Source: Eledone cirrhosa (taxonomy: Eukaryota). Taken from it: a stretch of DNA of 64,000 nt. This document shows, one piece after another, positions 26,825-44,200 of this stretch (the first letter of the stretch is position 1; the number at the start of each line of letters is the position of its first letter). The notes under the pieces were generated by a model, which searched no databases, was not told where the DNA came from, and saw only the letters and a list, made by a program, of their open reading frames with translations. The stretch covers positions 257,610,001 to 257,674,000 of the forward strand of contig OZ024743.1 of NCBI GenBank assembly GCA_964016885.1, read 5' to 3'. The translations under genes and the position numbers were made by a program.

Positions 26825-27850
26825 TAAATAACAGATTAAAGTTTAAGCAAAGAATCGCTGCTTTCACCCTTAACGGGATCTTCTGAAACTAACAAAGTCA
26901 ATCTGTAAACGCAGAACTGGATATTTCAAAAAACGTTGCAACCGGAGGAAGACAGGAAGACGATACTTTGGTTCGTGGTAACGTTCGCTGGCAAAGAACG
27001 GGAAAAAACGAATAATACGTCATTAATAGGAGCGGTGAAAAACAATTACACGCAAAGACAGAACCACATTTATGGTATAAAAGAGGTCGTAGACTAATGT
27101 TCTCTTAGGTGGTGCATAGAGACGTTCTCTGGCAATGAACGAAAAAACGAAGATAATAAGTCATATGTGGAGCGTGGGGAACAATAGCACGCAAAGACAA
27201 AACCACGTAAATGCTATAGCAGAAGTCGTAGACTAAAATTCTAACTAGGAGACCAAATGAATCTCCGCTACAGAGTTAAGAACATTTGTATTTGTTCTTA
27301 ACTAACTCTGTAGCGGAGATTCCTTTGGTCTCCTAGTTAGAATTTTAGTCTACGACTTCTGCTATAGCATTTACGTGGTTTTGTCTTTGCGTACTATTGT
27401 TCTCCACGCTCCACATATGACTTATTATCTTCGTTTTTTCGTTCATTGCCAGAGAACGTCTCTATGCACCACCTAAGAGACCATTAGTCTACGACCTCTT
27501 TTATACCATAAACGTGGTTCTGTCTTTGCGTGTAATTGTTTTTCACCGCTCCTATTAATGACGCATTATTCGTTTTTTCCCGTTCTTTGCCAGCGAACGT
27601 TACCACGAACCAAAGTATCGTCTTCCTGTCTTCCTCTGGTTGCAACGTTTTTTAAAATATCCAGTTCTGCGTTTACAGATTGACTTTGTTAGTTTCAGAA
27701 GATCCCGTTAAGGGTGAAAGCAGCGATTCTTTGCTTAAACTTTAATCTGTTATTTAATAAATATTTGCTCTACGGTTCTTATATATTTGATATATATTTA
27801 TCCTTATCGAGCCCTCTTTTGATTTTAGTCTTCAATTTTATTATTATTAC

Positions 27851-27851
<1 letters not shown>
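26817..27851. mobile_element. ~950 bp near-perfect palindrome with a variant HHR at each outer end and an ~85 bp tail, flanked by (TA)n
   Basis: 26817-27284 is the reverse complement of 27293-27764 with scattered mismatches; ends recur at 38991-39210, 59029-59110, 60116-60225. Confidence 0.9.
27675..27750 (+). ncRNA. Variant type I hammerhead-like fold with CAGAAGA core (mirror copy 26831-26906, minus strand)
   Basis: ACAGATTGA-bulge-AGTTT-CAGAAGA-tCCC gttaa GGGt-GAAA-GCA loop TGC-TT-AAACT-TTAATCTGT; AATAAA follows at 27756. Confidence 0.62.
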
Positions 27852-27924
<73 letters not shown>

Positions 27925-27926
27925 TA

Positions 27927-28014
<88 letters not shown>

Positions 28015-28055
28015 TATATATATATATATACACACACATATATATATATATATAT

Positions 28056-28138
<83 letters not shown>

Positions 28139-28155
28139 TATATATATATATATAT

Positions 28156-28198
<43 letters not shown>

Positions 28199-28210
28199 TC
28201 TATATATATC

Positions 28211-28350
<140 letters not shown>

Positions 28351-28385
28351 CACACACATATATATATATACATATATATATATAT

Positions 28386-28544
<159 letters not shown>

Positions 28545-28581
28545 CACACATATATATATATATATACACATATACATATAT

Positions 28582-28622
<41 letters not shown>

Positions 28623-28689
28623 TATATATATACACACATATATATATATATATACACATATATATATATATATATCTATATATACACAC

Positions 28690-28725
<36 letters not shown>

Positions 28726-28815
28726 GCACTCATATATATATGAATTATTGAGCCCTCTGCCGCTCATTTCGAATTTTGTTTATCGTGAACTCGTGCGCCG
28801 ATTTTTCGATACTCG

Positions 28816-28891
<76 letters not shown>

Positions 28892-28972
28892 GATAAGCAG
28901 AACAAGCAAAATTCAAACAATTTTTTAAAAATAAATTAAAAAATATAATTTAAATATTTACCTACTCCAGTT

Positions 28973-29053
28973 GCTCTTACCGATCGGTTTCCCTTTACAA
29001 AACATTGGAAATCCATGGGATTTCCAATGTCAAAGTAAAGTTCATCAGAAAGC
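28973..29053 (-). ncRNA. Type I hammerhead ribozyme, copy 1
   Basis: Minus strand: GCTTT-CTGATGA-aCTTTAC..[ACATTGGAAATCC cat GGATTTCCAATGT]..GTAAAGg-GAAA-CCGATCGG-TA-AGAGC. Confidence 0.85.
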
Positions 29054-29459
29054 ATTTTCCTTTCCTAGGGCTAAAAGTCCCACGAACGGCAAAATATATT
29101 GCCATCTGCTAGCTAGCACAAGATCGAGTGAGGCCGAAAATTTGAACTGTACATGAACCAGTCCGTAGCAAAAGCGGAAGTAAACATAGAAGTGTTGTCT
29201 ACTACACTACTAAAAATAGCAGCCAAATAGAACAACAGATTTGTTCTCTACATAACGGAGAATATTAAAAGAAGTTAATATGCCCACGGGTACTAAGTAC
29301 CCCTGGAAATATATAGTTTGTCTATGATACAGGTTTGTTCAATGGTATTAATTTGACATACTAGAACTATAATATTAAGATAAGCAGAACAAGCAAAATT
29401 CAAACAATTTTTTAAAAATAAATTAAAAAATATAATTTAAATATTTACCTACTCCAGTT

Positions 29460-29540
29460 GCTCTTACCGATCGGTTTCCCTTTACAAAACATTGGAAATC
29501 CATGGGATTTCCAATGGAAAAGTAAAGTTCATCAGAAAGC
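29460..29540 (-). ncRNA. Type I hammerhead ribozyme, copy 2
   Basis: Same fold 487 nt away; differences confined to distal stem II. Confidence 0.85.
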
Positions 29541-29681
29541 ATTTTCCTTTCCTAGGGCTAAAAGTCCTAGGAACGGCAAAATATATTGCCATCTGCTAGC
29601 TAGCACAAGTTCGAGTGAGGCCGAAAATTTGACCTATACATGAACCAGTCCGTAGCAAAAGCGGAAGTAAACATAGACGCG

Positions 29682-33095
<3,414 letters not shown>

Positions 33096-33108
33096 TATAC
33101 ACACACAC

Positions 33109-33143
<35 letters not shown>

Positions 33144-33156
33144 CAGACATATATAT

Positions 33157-33192
<36 letters not shown>

Positions 33193-33220
33193 GTATATAT
33201 ATATATACACATATATATAT

Positions 33221-33326
<106 letters not shown>

Positions 33327-33607
33327 TATCATCAATATATATATATACATATATATATAAATATATATATACATATATATACATATATATATATATACAT
33401 ATATATTTACATATATATATACATATATATATACATATATCGTTTCTGAATTTGTTTGGTAAGATTCTTTATCTGAAACATGACCCTCCCAAAGTATAAC
33501 AATATATACACATATATATACATATATATATACCTATATATATATATATACATATATATATGCATATACATATATATATATAAATATATATATACATATA
33601 TATATAC

Positions 33608-33658
<51 letters not shown>

Positions 33659-33717
33659 TATATATAGATATATATATACATATATATATATATAAATATA
33701 TATACATATATATATAC

Positions 33718-33748
<31 letters not shown>

Positions 33749-34433
33749 ATTAAGTTAAAAATGTACATCCACATATGTATACTGAAATACTAGTATGCAT
33801 ATGAATACACACACGTATACATATGTAGATGTACCGAGTTTTTCACTGGTCACTTTACTGTGAGTGTCCAGCTATTCTGTATGTAAACACACAGACAAAC
33901 CGGTTTTTAGAGTCATACTGGTTTTTGAGGAAACACCTTTCCTCTATTCTCCAGAAAGCCAGACAAGGAATATTGAACTAGTTTCGATGTTGTTACATCT
34001 CATCAGCAATATTTACCTATCTTCCGGCCTTTCTAGAGAATCGTAAAAGCACATATCGTTATATGCTTTTTCTATGAAAATTAGTAGTGGGCAGACTAAT
34101 TTGCATAGAGCGTGAGTACGTACCGGTTCAACGGAGACGATAAAAACAAATAACGAAACGAAATTAAATTTCGTTTCGTTTGTAACTCACTTTTGTATGA
34201 CTGACGCTTAAACAATTAAGTTAAAAATGTACATCCACATATGTATACTGAAATACTAGTATGCATATGAATACACACACGTATACATATGTAGATGTAC
34301 CGAGTTTTTCACTGGTCACTTTACTGTGAGTGTCCAGCTATTCTGTATGTAAACACACAGACAAACCGGTTTTTAGAGTCATACTGGTTTTTGAGGAAAC
34401 ACCTTTCCTCTATTCTCCAGAAAGCCAGACAAG

Positions 34434-34439
<6 letters not shown>
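33749..34439 (-). mobile_element. Tandem repeat of a 466 nt unit (~1.5 copies) with a minimal HHR; retrozyme-like
   Basis: 33749-33973 repeats essentially identically at 34215-34439; (TA)n on both sides. Confidence 0.85.
33969..34013 (-). ncRNA. Minimal type I hammerhead ribozyme, fully canonical
   Basis: Minus strand: AATATTG-CTGATGA-GATGT aaca ACATC-GAAA-CTAG-TT-CAATATT; 7 bp stem I, palindromic ACTAGT stem III. Confidence 0.92.
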
Positions 34440-34530
<91 letters not shown>

Positions 34531-34832
34531 CATATCAATATATGATGGCTGCCCCCTTGTTATGGAGTATGGCCACTGCACGAGGAGAAAAAAAAATTAA
34601 TAAATAGATTAGAAATAAAATAAAAATAAAAAAAAGAAATATATATACATATATATATACATACACATACATATACATACATACACACACATATATACAC
34701 ACACATATATACATTAATAACAATAATAATAATAACAACAATAATAATAACGACAACAACAATAATAGTATACATATACATATATATATACACATACACG
34801 CACACACATAAACATATCTATACACACACACG

Positions 34833-37393
34833 ATAGCAACTAACAGCGCTGCGATCGAATGTGGCTTTTTAGCCCAGCCAATGATCTAAAATGTCTTGCA
34901 CAGAGTCGGCAACCAAAACATTCACTGGGAATAGTCGGCTGTGGTTGGAGTTTGTGTACTTCTGCATGTCGCTTGAGCCCTCCTGCTGATTTTCATTCTC
35001 TACCACATGTTTGGCAAGCATGATGAGTAGCATCTCCAACACAAGCCTGGTAGTCAACCACTGGTCTTACTTTATGACTGCGAAGATGACTTTCGAGTCC
35101 AGCTTTGCTTAGGCAGAGTCTCACACAGACGCTGCATGTCAGCACCATAGGAGGGCCCTCGCCGTCTGGAAGTGCAACAGCAATGCCCTTCCTCACATCC
35201 TGCTTTACTTTCTCGTATGCGATTCGAGATGCCTCAAAGGCAACTTTTCCCTCATATACATTCTTTCACCATTTATTACGATCAGCAGCAATATTTTCCC
35301 ATGTATCAGCAGAGATGTTAGCGTCTTTCAGAGAGGCTTTCAAGGAATCCTTATACCTCTTTTTTGGTTTATGTGGCGGTCGTTTTCCTTTAACCAACTC
35401 ACCATAAAAGAGTTGTTTTGGTATTCTAGAATCCTTCATCCTGGCAAGGTGACTACTCCAACGGAGTCGTTGCTTAAGCACAAGAGCTTCTATACTGTCA
35501 CACATAGAGCTTTCCAAAATCTCGACATCACTGATGTGGTCCCTCCAGTGAACGCCATGGATCCGTCTGAGACACATCTGATGGAAACACTCAAATTGCT
35601 TAAGGTGGTGTCGATATGTGACCCAAGTCTCGCAGGCATAAAGAAGACAAGAGAGCACACATGCCCTGTATACCTTTACCTTTGTCCTCCTGCATATGTC
35701 TCGCCGACCCCAGAGTCGCCTTTCTAGCTTTCCGAAAGCAACACTTGCTTTCCTAATCCTAAGTAAGATTTCACTGTCAAGGTTGCTGTATCGATTGACA
35801 GTGCTTCCCAGGTAGACAAACTGATCAACCACTCCAAGTCGTTTACCATACACATAGATATTTGGTTCAGTGTACTGCTTACCAGGGGCAGGTTGGTACA
35901 TGACGACGGTTTTCTTGAGACTGACAGTCAATCCTAGGGCAGTGCAAGCGTCAGAAAATGCATTCAAAATGTGCTGCATATCACTCTCTGTGTGCGCTAC
36001 AAGATCACAATCATCTGCATACAAGACGTCTCTTATGATTGATGTAAATACTTTTGTCTTTGCAGGAAAGCGCCTGATGTTAAATATGCTGCCTGAGGTT
36101 CGATATCGAATGTAAACACCATGCTCGCAATTCCTGAATGCAATACAGAAAACCATTGCAAAGTATATGGCAAACAGGGTCGGTGCTGGAATATCCCCCT
36201 GTTTCACTCCATTTTTTACTGAGATAGGCTCCGACATGTTACCTCCGACATTAACCCAAGCCTTCATGTCGTCATGGAAAGACCTAACTAAAGCAAGTAA
36301 CTTATCAGGGCAACCAAGTTTCTGGAGAACCTTCCATAATGCATCTCTGTTAACAGTATCGAAAGCTTTTGTCAGATCGACAAAAACCTGATACAGATCC
36401 AAGCCTTGTTCCATGCACTTCTCCTGGAGCTGTCTAGCTGAGAAGATCATATCAGTAATGCCGCGTCCAGCACGAAAACCAGATTGACTTTTAGGAAGAA
36501 CACAATCTGCAATGTGTGTCAGCAGACGGTCCAGAGGCACCCTACATAAAACTTTCCTTACGACAGAAAGCAATGATATACCTCTGTAGTTCCCACAATC
36601 ATTCCTGTTACCCTCTCCCTTGTACAAGACCACCATTACTGCATCTCTCCAGTCCTCAGGTACGGATTCATTAGCCCATATCCTGCCAAACAAAGAGTGA
36701 AGATGTAGCAGGAGTCTCTCACCACCATATTGTAGGAGCTCAGCATGTATGCCATCCGTACCTGGAGATCTTCCACTGTTCAGCTTCGAAATAGCCACTG
36801 CAACCTCCACAAGCGTCGGAGGTTCTGCGAGAGCTACTTTCACAGGACTTTCTGGAATGAGATTGAGGAAATCTTCACTGACGACAGACGGCTGATTCAA
36901 AAGATCATCAAAGTGCTCTCGCCGCCTTCGTAGAATTCCTTGTGAGTCACGAAGAAGTTCTTTGCCATCCTTGCTGTGAAGCGGTGTCACCAGAGAAGAA
37001 GACAGTCCATAAACCTCACGCAAGAGACTGTACAACAGCTTTGTGTTATTGGAATCTGACGCAGTTTGTATCTCACCAGCCTTCTCACTCCACCATCTGA
37101 AAAAGACTCCGCCTAACACGTGATTTTACATGCTTGAGTTCCTCAAGCAACGTATTCCTCTCCTGTGGTTTTGCCGTCAAGTAGCGTGACAGAGCACGCC
37201 TCTTATCAGCCAACAAGTCTGCTATATGTACATCATTCTCATTAAACCAGTCCCGATGTTTTCTCTGCACCAATGCCAGAACACGCCTGCCTACATCATA
37301 AACCGACTTTTTAAGGGTCGGCCAATCCTTACCAAGATCTGCAGCCTGCATCTCTTCTTCCAATGTCCTCTTCACATTTTTATCCTTAAGACG
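34833..37393 (-). mobile_element. 5'-truncated RTE/BovB-like LINE with C-terminal C2H2 fingers
   Basis: 617 aa RT ORF (NYRGISLL, FVDLTKAFD, GVKQG, YADD, FVYLGS, PKQLFYGEL) followed by C..C.........L.SH.RSH and a second finger with a stop. Confidence 0.92.
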
Positions 37394-37403
37394 ATATATG
37401 TAT

Positions 37404-37456
<53 letters not shown>

Positions 37457-37469
37457 AATATATATATAC

Positions 37470-37518
<49 letters not shown>

Positions 37519-37521
37519 TAC

Positions 37522-37570
<49 letters not shown>

Positions 37571-37573
37571 TAC

Positions 37574-37640
<67 letters not shown>

Positions 37641-37651
37641 CATATATATAT

Positions 37652-37734
<83 letters not shown>

Positions 37735-37769
37735 TACATATATATATATACATATATAAATATATATAT

Positions 37770-38640
<871 letters not shown>

Positions 38641-38730
38641 GTATGCTAGCCGTGGAACAACGGACGTAAAACGTTGATGATGATGATGATGATGATGATG
38701 TATATATATGTATATATATGTATATGTATA

Positions 38731-38798
<68 letters not shown>

Positions 38799-38928
38799 CA
38801 TATATATACATATATATATATATACATATATATACATATACATATATATACATATATATACATCATCATCATCATCATCATCATCATCACCGTTTTACGC
38901 TAGCATACATATACATATATATATATAC

Positions 38929-38990
<62 letters not shown>

Positions 38991-38994
<4 letters not shown>

Positions 38995-39203
38995 ATAATA
39001 ATAAAATTGAAGACTAAATCCAAAGAGGGCTCGATAAGGATAAATATATATCAAATATATAAGAACCGTAGAGCAAATATTTATTAAAATAACAGATTAA
39101 AGTTTAAGCAAAGAATCGCTGGTTTCACCCTTAACGGGATCTTCTGCAGAAGATCCCGTTAAGGGTGAAAACAGCGATTCTTTGCTTAAACTTTAATCTG
39201 CTA

Positions 39204-39210
<7 letters not shown>
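38991..39210. repeat. Short palindrome of the 26817-27851 family ends
   Basis: Inversion centre TTCTG|CAGAA at 39146/39147; left arm carries the full tail. Confidence 0.85.
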
Positions 39211-39259
<49 letters not shown>

Positions 39260-39261
39260 CA

Positions 39262-39331
<70 letters not shown>

Positions 39332-39333
39332 CA

Positions 39334-39420
<87 letters not shown>

Positions 39421-39422
<2 letters not shown>

Positions 39423-39745
39423 AGGCACATGGCTTAGTGGTTAGAGCATTGGCCTTGCAATCGAAAGGTTGTGAGTTCAATTCTCAGACCGGGTGATGTG
39501 TTGTTTCCTTGAGCAAGACACTTTATTACAGTTTACTCAGCTGTAGAAATGAGATGATAGGGACTGGGGTCCATATCATTCCACTGCAAAGTGGTTGTGG
39601 AGGTGCCATGGCAAAAAAGCACCCAGCACTCACTGTAAATGAGGTTTGTGTTAGAAATCATGCCAGAATCAGTATCCGTCCCACCTTTGCAAGCAAGGAA
39701 AAGTGGACGTAAAATGAAATGATGATGATGATGATGAAATGATGT
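39421..39745 (+). mobile_element. tRNA-derived SINE with RTE-type tail
   Basis: A box 39430-39440, B box ~39473-39483, CORE-like block, tail GGACGTAAAATG(ATG)n; truncated relative at 60226-60543 (-). Confidence 0.88.
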
Positions 39746-39764
39746 ATATATATATATATATATA

Positions 39765-40828
39765 ATGAAGATGGGGAAGGCAACCGATCCATCGGGTATA
39801 GCTGTCGAGATGCTGAAGGCATCTGGGTCTGTAGGTCACACTATAACCACACGCATTGTTAACCAGGTAATACTAGATGACAAAATCAGGGTGGGGGAGG
39901 GTGCTCTGAAAGTTCAGTAGCTAGAGTCAGAACTGGATGGAAAAAGTTCAGAGAGCTTATACCACTATTAGCCGCTAAAGGGTTCTCCCTAAAAATGAAA
40001 GGCAGGCTGTATGATGCCTGCATACGAACAGCAATGTTGCATGGCAGTGAGACCTGGGCATTGTGTGCAGAGGATATACGCAGACTAGAGAGGAATGAAG
40101 CTTGCATGCTCCACTGGATGTGTAATAGTAATATACGCGAACTGCAAAGCATAAACAAACTAAGGGAAAAATTAGAAATAAGAGGGATCAGATGTTGTTT
40201 ACTCGAGAGAAGGCTACGTTGGTATGGTCACGTGATGCGCATGAAAGACAACAGCTGTATAAAAAAGTGCAGGGCAATAAAGATACATGGTAGCCATGGA
40301 GTATGCAGACCCAGAAAAAGCTGGGACGACCTGATAAATTTCGACCTCACACACTTACACCTCTCCAAGAGAATGTCACTGGACCGAGATCTTTGGCGGT
40401 ACTCAGTAATAGAGAAGACCCGCCTTACCTGAATACAAAGTAAAACCTACTACAGTCAGTAGGCATCTGTAACAAAATACACCCCCCGTCCCACCACCCC
40501 CACCCCATCCACACCGCCCCTTTCAATGTAAAGTTATGTTGGTGCCACAACATCCAGGCCGAAACAAATGAGATCGTGTAGGTGTCACGACAAAAAGAAC
40601 ACACAGTCCACGCTGTAATGTGGCCGTGTAGGCAACACGGTAAAGACCTCCCAGTCCCACACTGTAAATGTGGTTGGTGTTAGGAAGGGCATCCAGCTGT
40701 AGAAAACCCGCCAGACAGTCCTATGCGAGCAAGACAACCACTCTTGCCTCAAGTGGGAAAACTCCCGTCCAAACCCATGCAAGCGTGGAACATGGACGTT
40801 AAACGATGATGATGATGTTGATGATGAT
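39765..40828 (+). mobile_element. Chimeric RTE fragment: subfamily B piece joined to subfamily A 3' end and UTR
   Basis: 39765-39877 matches ~57165-57275 reversed; 39878-40828 matches ~5320-4375 reversed. Confidence 0.85.
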
Positions 40829-40837
40829 ATATATATA

Positions 40838-40899
<62 letters not shown>

Positions 40900-41179
40900 C
40901 ATCATCATCGTTTTAACATCCACTTTCACTGCTATCAAGGGTTGGATGGGTTTCATGCAGAGCAAATCAGTACTGGAGTGTAGCCCAGGTAGGCCAGGGT
41001 CTGTGTCTCACTTCTGTATGGTTGCACATTTCATTGAATGCTCATATGTTGTCATGTCCTTGGATGGATGCCTTTCGTATCACCAACCACTTTACAGCAT
41101 GTGTTTATCAAGTAAATCACCATCACTAGGGACATTGTCATGTCCTTGTCATGACTGAAGGGTCTTTCTTAAATAAGTA

Positions 41180-41246
<67 letters not shown>

Positions 41247-44200
41247 GTATATAGAACTTAGTTTAATTAATGCCAAAACATCCATTGGGGGGAGGGATAC
41301 AAGCTAAACAAACTAATATTAGAAAGCTTCACTTGTATCATCTATCTAACTGCCGTTTCTGGAATTAAGAAACAATATTAATTATCCCAATAAAATAGGA
41401 CAACCAATATTGGAAGAAATTCCTTCATCAGCGGGATATTGTGGAAATAGAAAAAATATTCAATAGATAGTATACAGAGCTTGTCGTTATCAATCAGCAT
41501 GGTGTATTGAATAGCACGTGGATCATTCAACTTCCAAATCACTAGGACCCATGGCAGAGGCATACCAGGAAGACATGAGATGCAGTTGTGAAGACTCACC
41601 TTAAAGAACTAAATTTCACAAAAGGAATGGCAAAATATTGTGAGGGCTGGAGGTATGCTGTGCTGACGAAGACACAACCAACAGCAATGTGGCCTGACAT
41701 ATCGCTGTACCCCCTTCAACTAGCATACCCTAGCAGCTATCCTCACCACCACTAACCATCCCACCATGCCCTCTCCAACATTCATCCTTTAGCTGCTGCC
41801 CCTTCAAAAGCCTTTTCACTCCTAAAAGCCCTTCAACAACCTCACTCTTGCACCCTTGTAAGCACTCCCTTTATCCCATGCTCCTCCCACTAGCTTCTAT
41901 CCTTACCATCACTACACCTCGCCCCTATTCATGCCACCCCTCCTCCATTCATGCCTCCCCTCCTCCATTCATTCCTTAGCTATTGCCCACTCCCCTTAAA
42001 CCCCCAAATACTAGAGAATGCTAGCCAAACAAAAGACAGGGAAGACACTTCAGTTGAGTCAAAAACATGGCAGCCTCCATAGATTTGGTGATCTACATGA
42101 TAAATGCACCCAGTACATGCTGTAAAGTAGTTGGTGATGAGACGGAGAACAAACCGTAGAAAGTCTGTCAAACAAAGGGTTGTTAAAACCCTTCTGTTGG
42201 GTCAAAAACATGACACCCTTCCTGTACATTCAGTAGAATGTAAGACCACATGTAAGTGAAATGCAGAGCCCCTGGATTTTCTAGGAGGTCAATAGCACTG
42301 CTTCAGCAATGACTTAGTCTATGCAGTCTCATCCAACCCTTCTTAGCAGGGAAAGCGGACATATGATGATGATATCTGTATACTCTTATACATATTTATA
42401 CATACATACAGATACACACATACATACACAACCATTTGAATAAACAAAGAAACATGTGCCTGGGCAATAGTTCTAAATGTAGTAATATAATAAGCTTTCA
42501 TTTTCTAGAATGGTTTGTGATATTTCAAAATATCAGAGACACTCTCTCAAATTAAAATATTTCAAGTGACAGTTAATAAGAAAATAAAAAACAAAAAAGA
42601 ATGAAAAATTTTAGAATATATAAAGACAAGTAAGTTGTCACTGAAGATAGGAACCATTGAAGCCAATTTTACAATTAGTGCTCATTATCATTAACTAAAA
42701 TAAAAATATAACACTTCACTGGAATGTGAACTTTGCTGACAATTCATTCAACAGCAGCTAAAAGGTATATAATTTATGAATGACAGAAAAGAAAAAAAGT
42801 AAAATAAATGCAAACAAACAAAAGAAATAAAAAATTAAAAATGAGGGAATTAGTAGTGTGAAGAATTCATCCCCATGACTTGATGGTATATTTTTGTTGT
42901 AGACAAGATAGCGTGACCAGCAGTAAAAATAGTTTTCTTTTTTCACTAATGTTACTCTAGAGTATGGATAGCTAGGAGGGAACCACTACTTTTCCAGATT
43001 AAGTGATCACAGCTTATGTACTGCAGAAATGTTAGAATGTCTGAAGAAAGAATTGCTGGAAAGATTTTATGAGCAGGAGACCCAGATATATAAGTAAGTT
43101 GGTAAGATAACACCCATAACTCAATTGGTTGTGCTTGGTGATCCAGCTGGATCCTTTGGAGATGGTTGCTTCTGATAGGACCACAGAAAAGCATGTCTAA
43201 GGACTCTGGCTCCCATAAACCTTTCAAGAAGAAAAAGAAGAAAAGCAGACGGAGGAGAAGAAGGAGGAAATAAAAAAGAAGATGAAAATGAAGAAAACAA
43301 AGAAGAAAAAGAGAGATAACCAAATTATAGCTATAGAGAACAACCAACAATACATCCTGCATCAGCCATTCCACCTTATAAGGCTCCTCACCTCAGATGT
43401 GATATCTTATATTATTGTGTCATCTACTTTTCCCCACATGATATCTCCCACTTATATCCAGTACAAAACTCTTACCACAGCTCTCACTTATATTTCCATT
43501 CTTTATTGTCTTTCTCTCTCTTGTTTATCAGTGTCCTTCTTCAACAGTATGTAGTTTATGTGACAGCAAATACAAACACATTGCAAATTATTATGTTTGG
43601 ATTAGCAACAAGAAAAGGCTTTATGATTACTTCAAAAGTAGACTGCATCTCTTGTTTCATTAATGGGAAAAGAGCATTCTTATGTTCATACATTCTTTAA
43701 ACTCTCTGCATAATTTCTTTCATAGCCTTTTAACTAACATTATAAACCCTTTAACAATATTTTAAATCAACTGTTTATAAACTGAAATCTCTAGAATGTT
43801 TTCTACACAAAGAAAATGAAACACTCATAATTCATGGAATTGAGAAAGTATTAGTGTGTATTTGTGATGTGTGTGTGTGTGTTTGTGTTTGTGTGTGATG
43901 AATATAGTGAAAGTAAAATATTTCATTCATTTAGTCATCTATAAGACGACTGAGGTAATTGAGAAGAGAATGTGTTCACTATTATTTTGGAACGGGTCAA
44001 TGCAAAATGACCAAGCACTTGATATAAAACAGAAACGGCCACTTAAGACAGACACACAGACCGACTCAGACAGAGAAATTATTATTGTAAATAGAAAATT
44101 ATATTATTTCCAGTAAAAACTGCAGGCAGGGTGAAGGGAAAATGGTGAGGGTGTTTTATTATTTGTAGTAGTATCTCCTCCATAGCACATATCTCAATGA

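Larger units (their letters stand above)
28886..29680 (-). mobile_element. Tandem repeat of a 487 nt unit (~1.6 copies), each with an HHR; retrozyme-like
   Basis: 28886-29190 repeats at 29373-29677; (TA)n on both sides; no ORF of note. Confidence 0.85.

Noticed and set aside
39421-39495. tRNA gene
   Set aside because: A and B boxes present but the cloverleaf is imperfect and it continues into a SINE body
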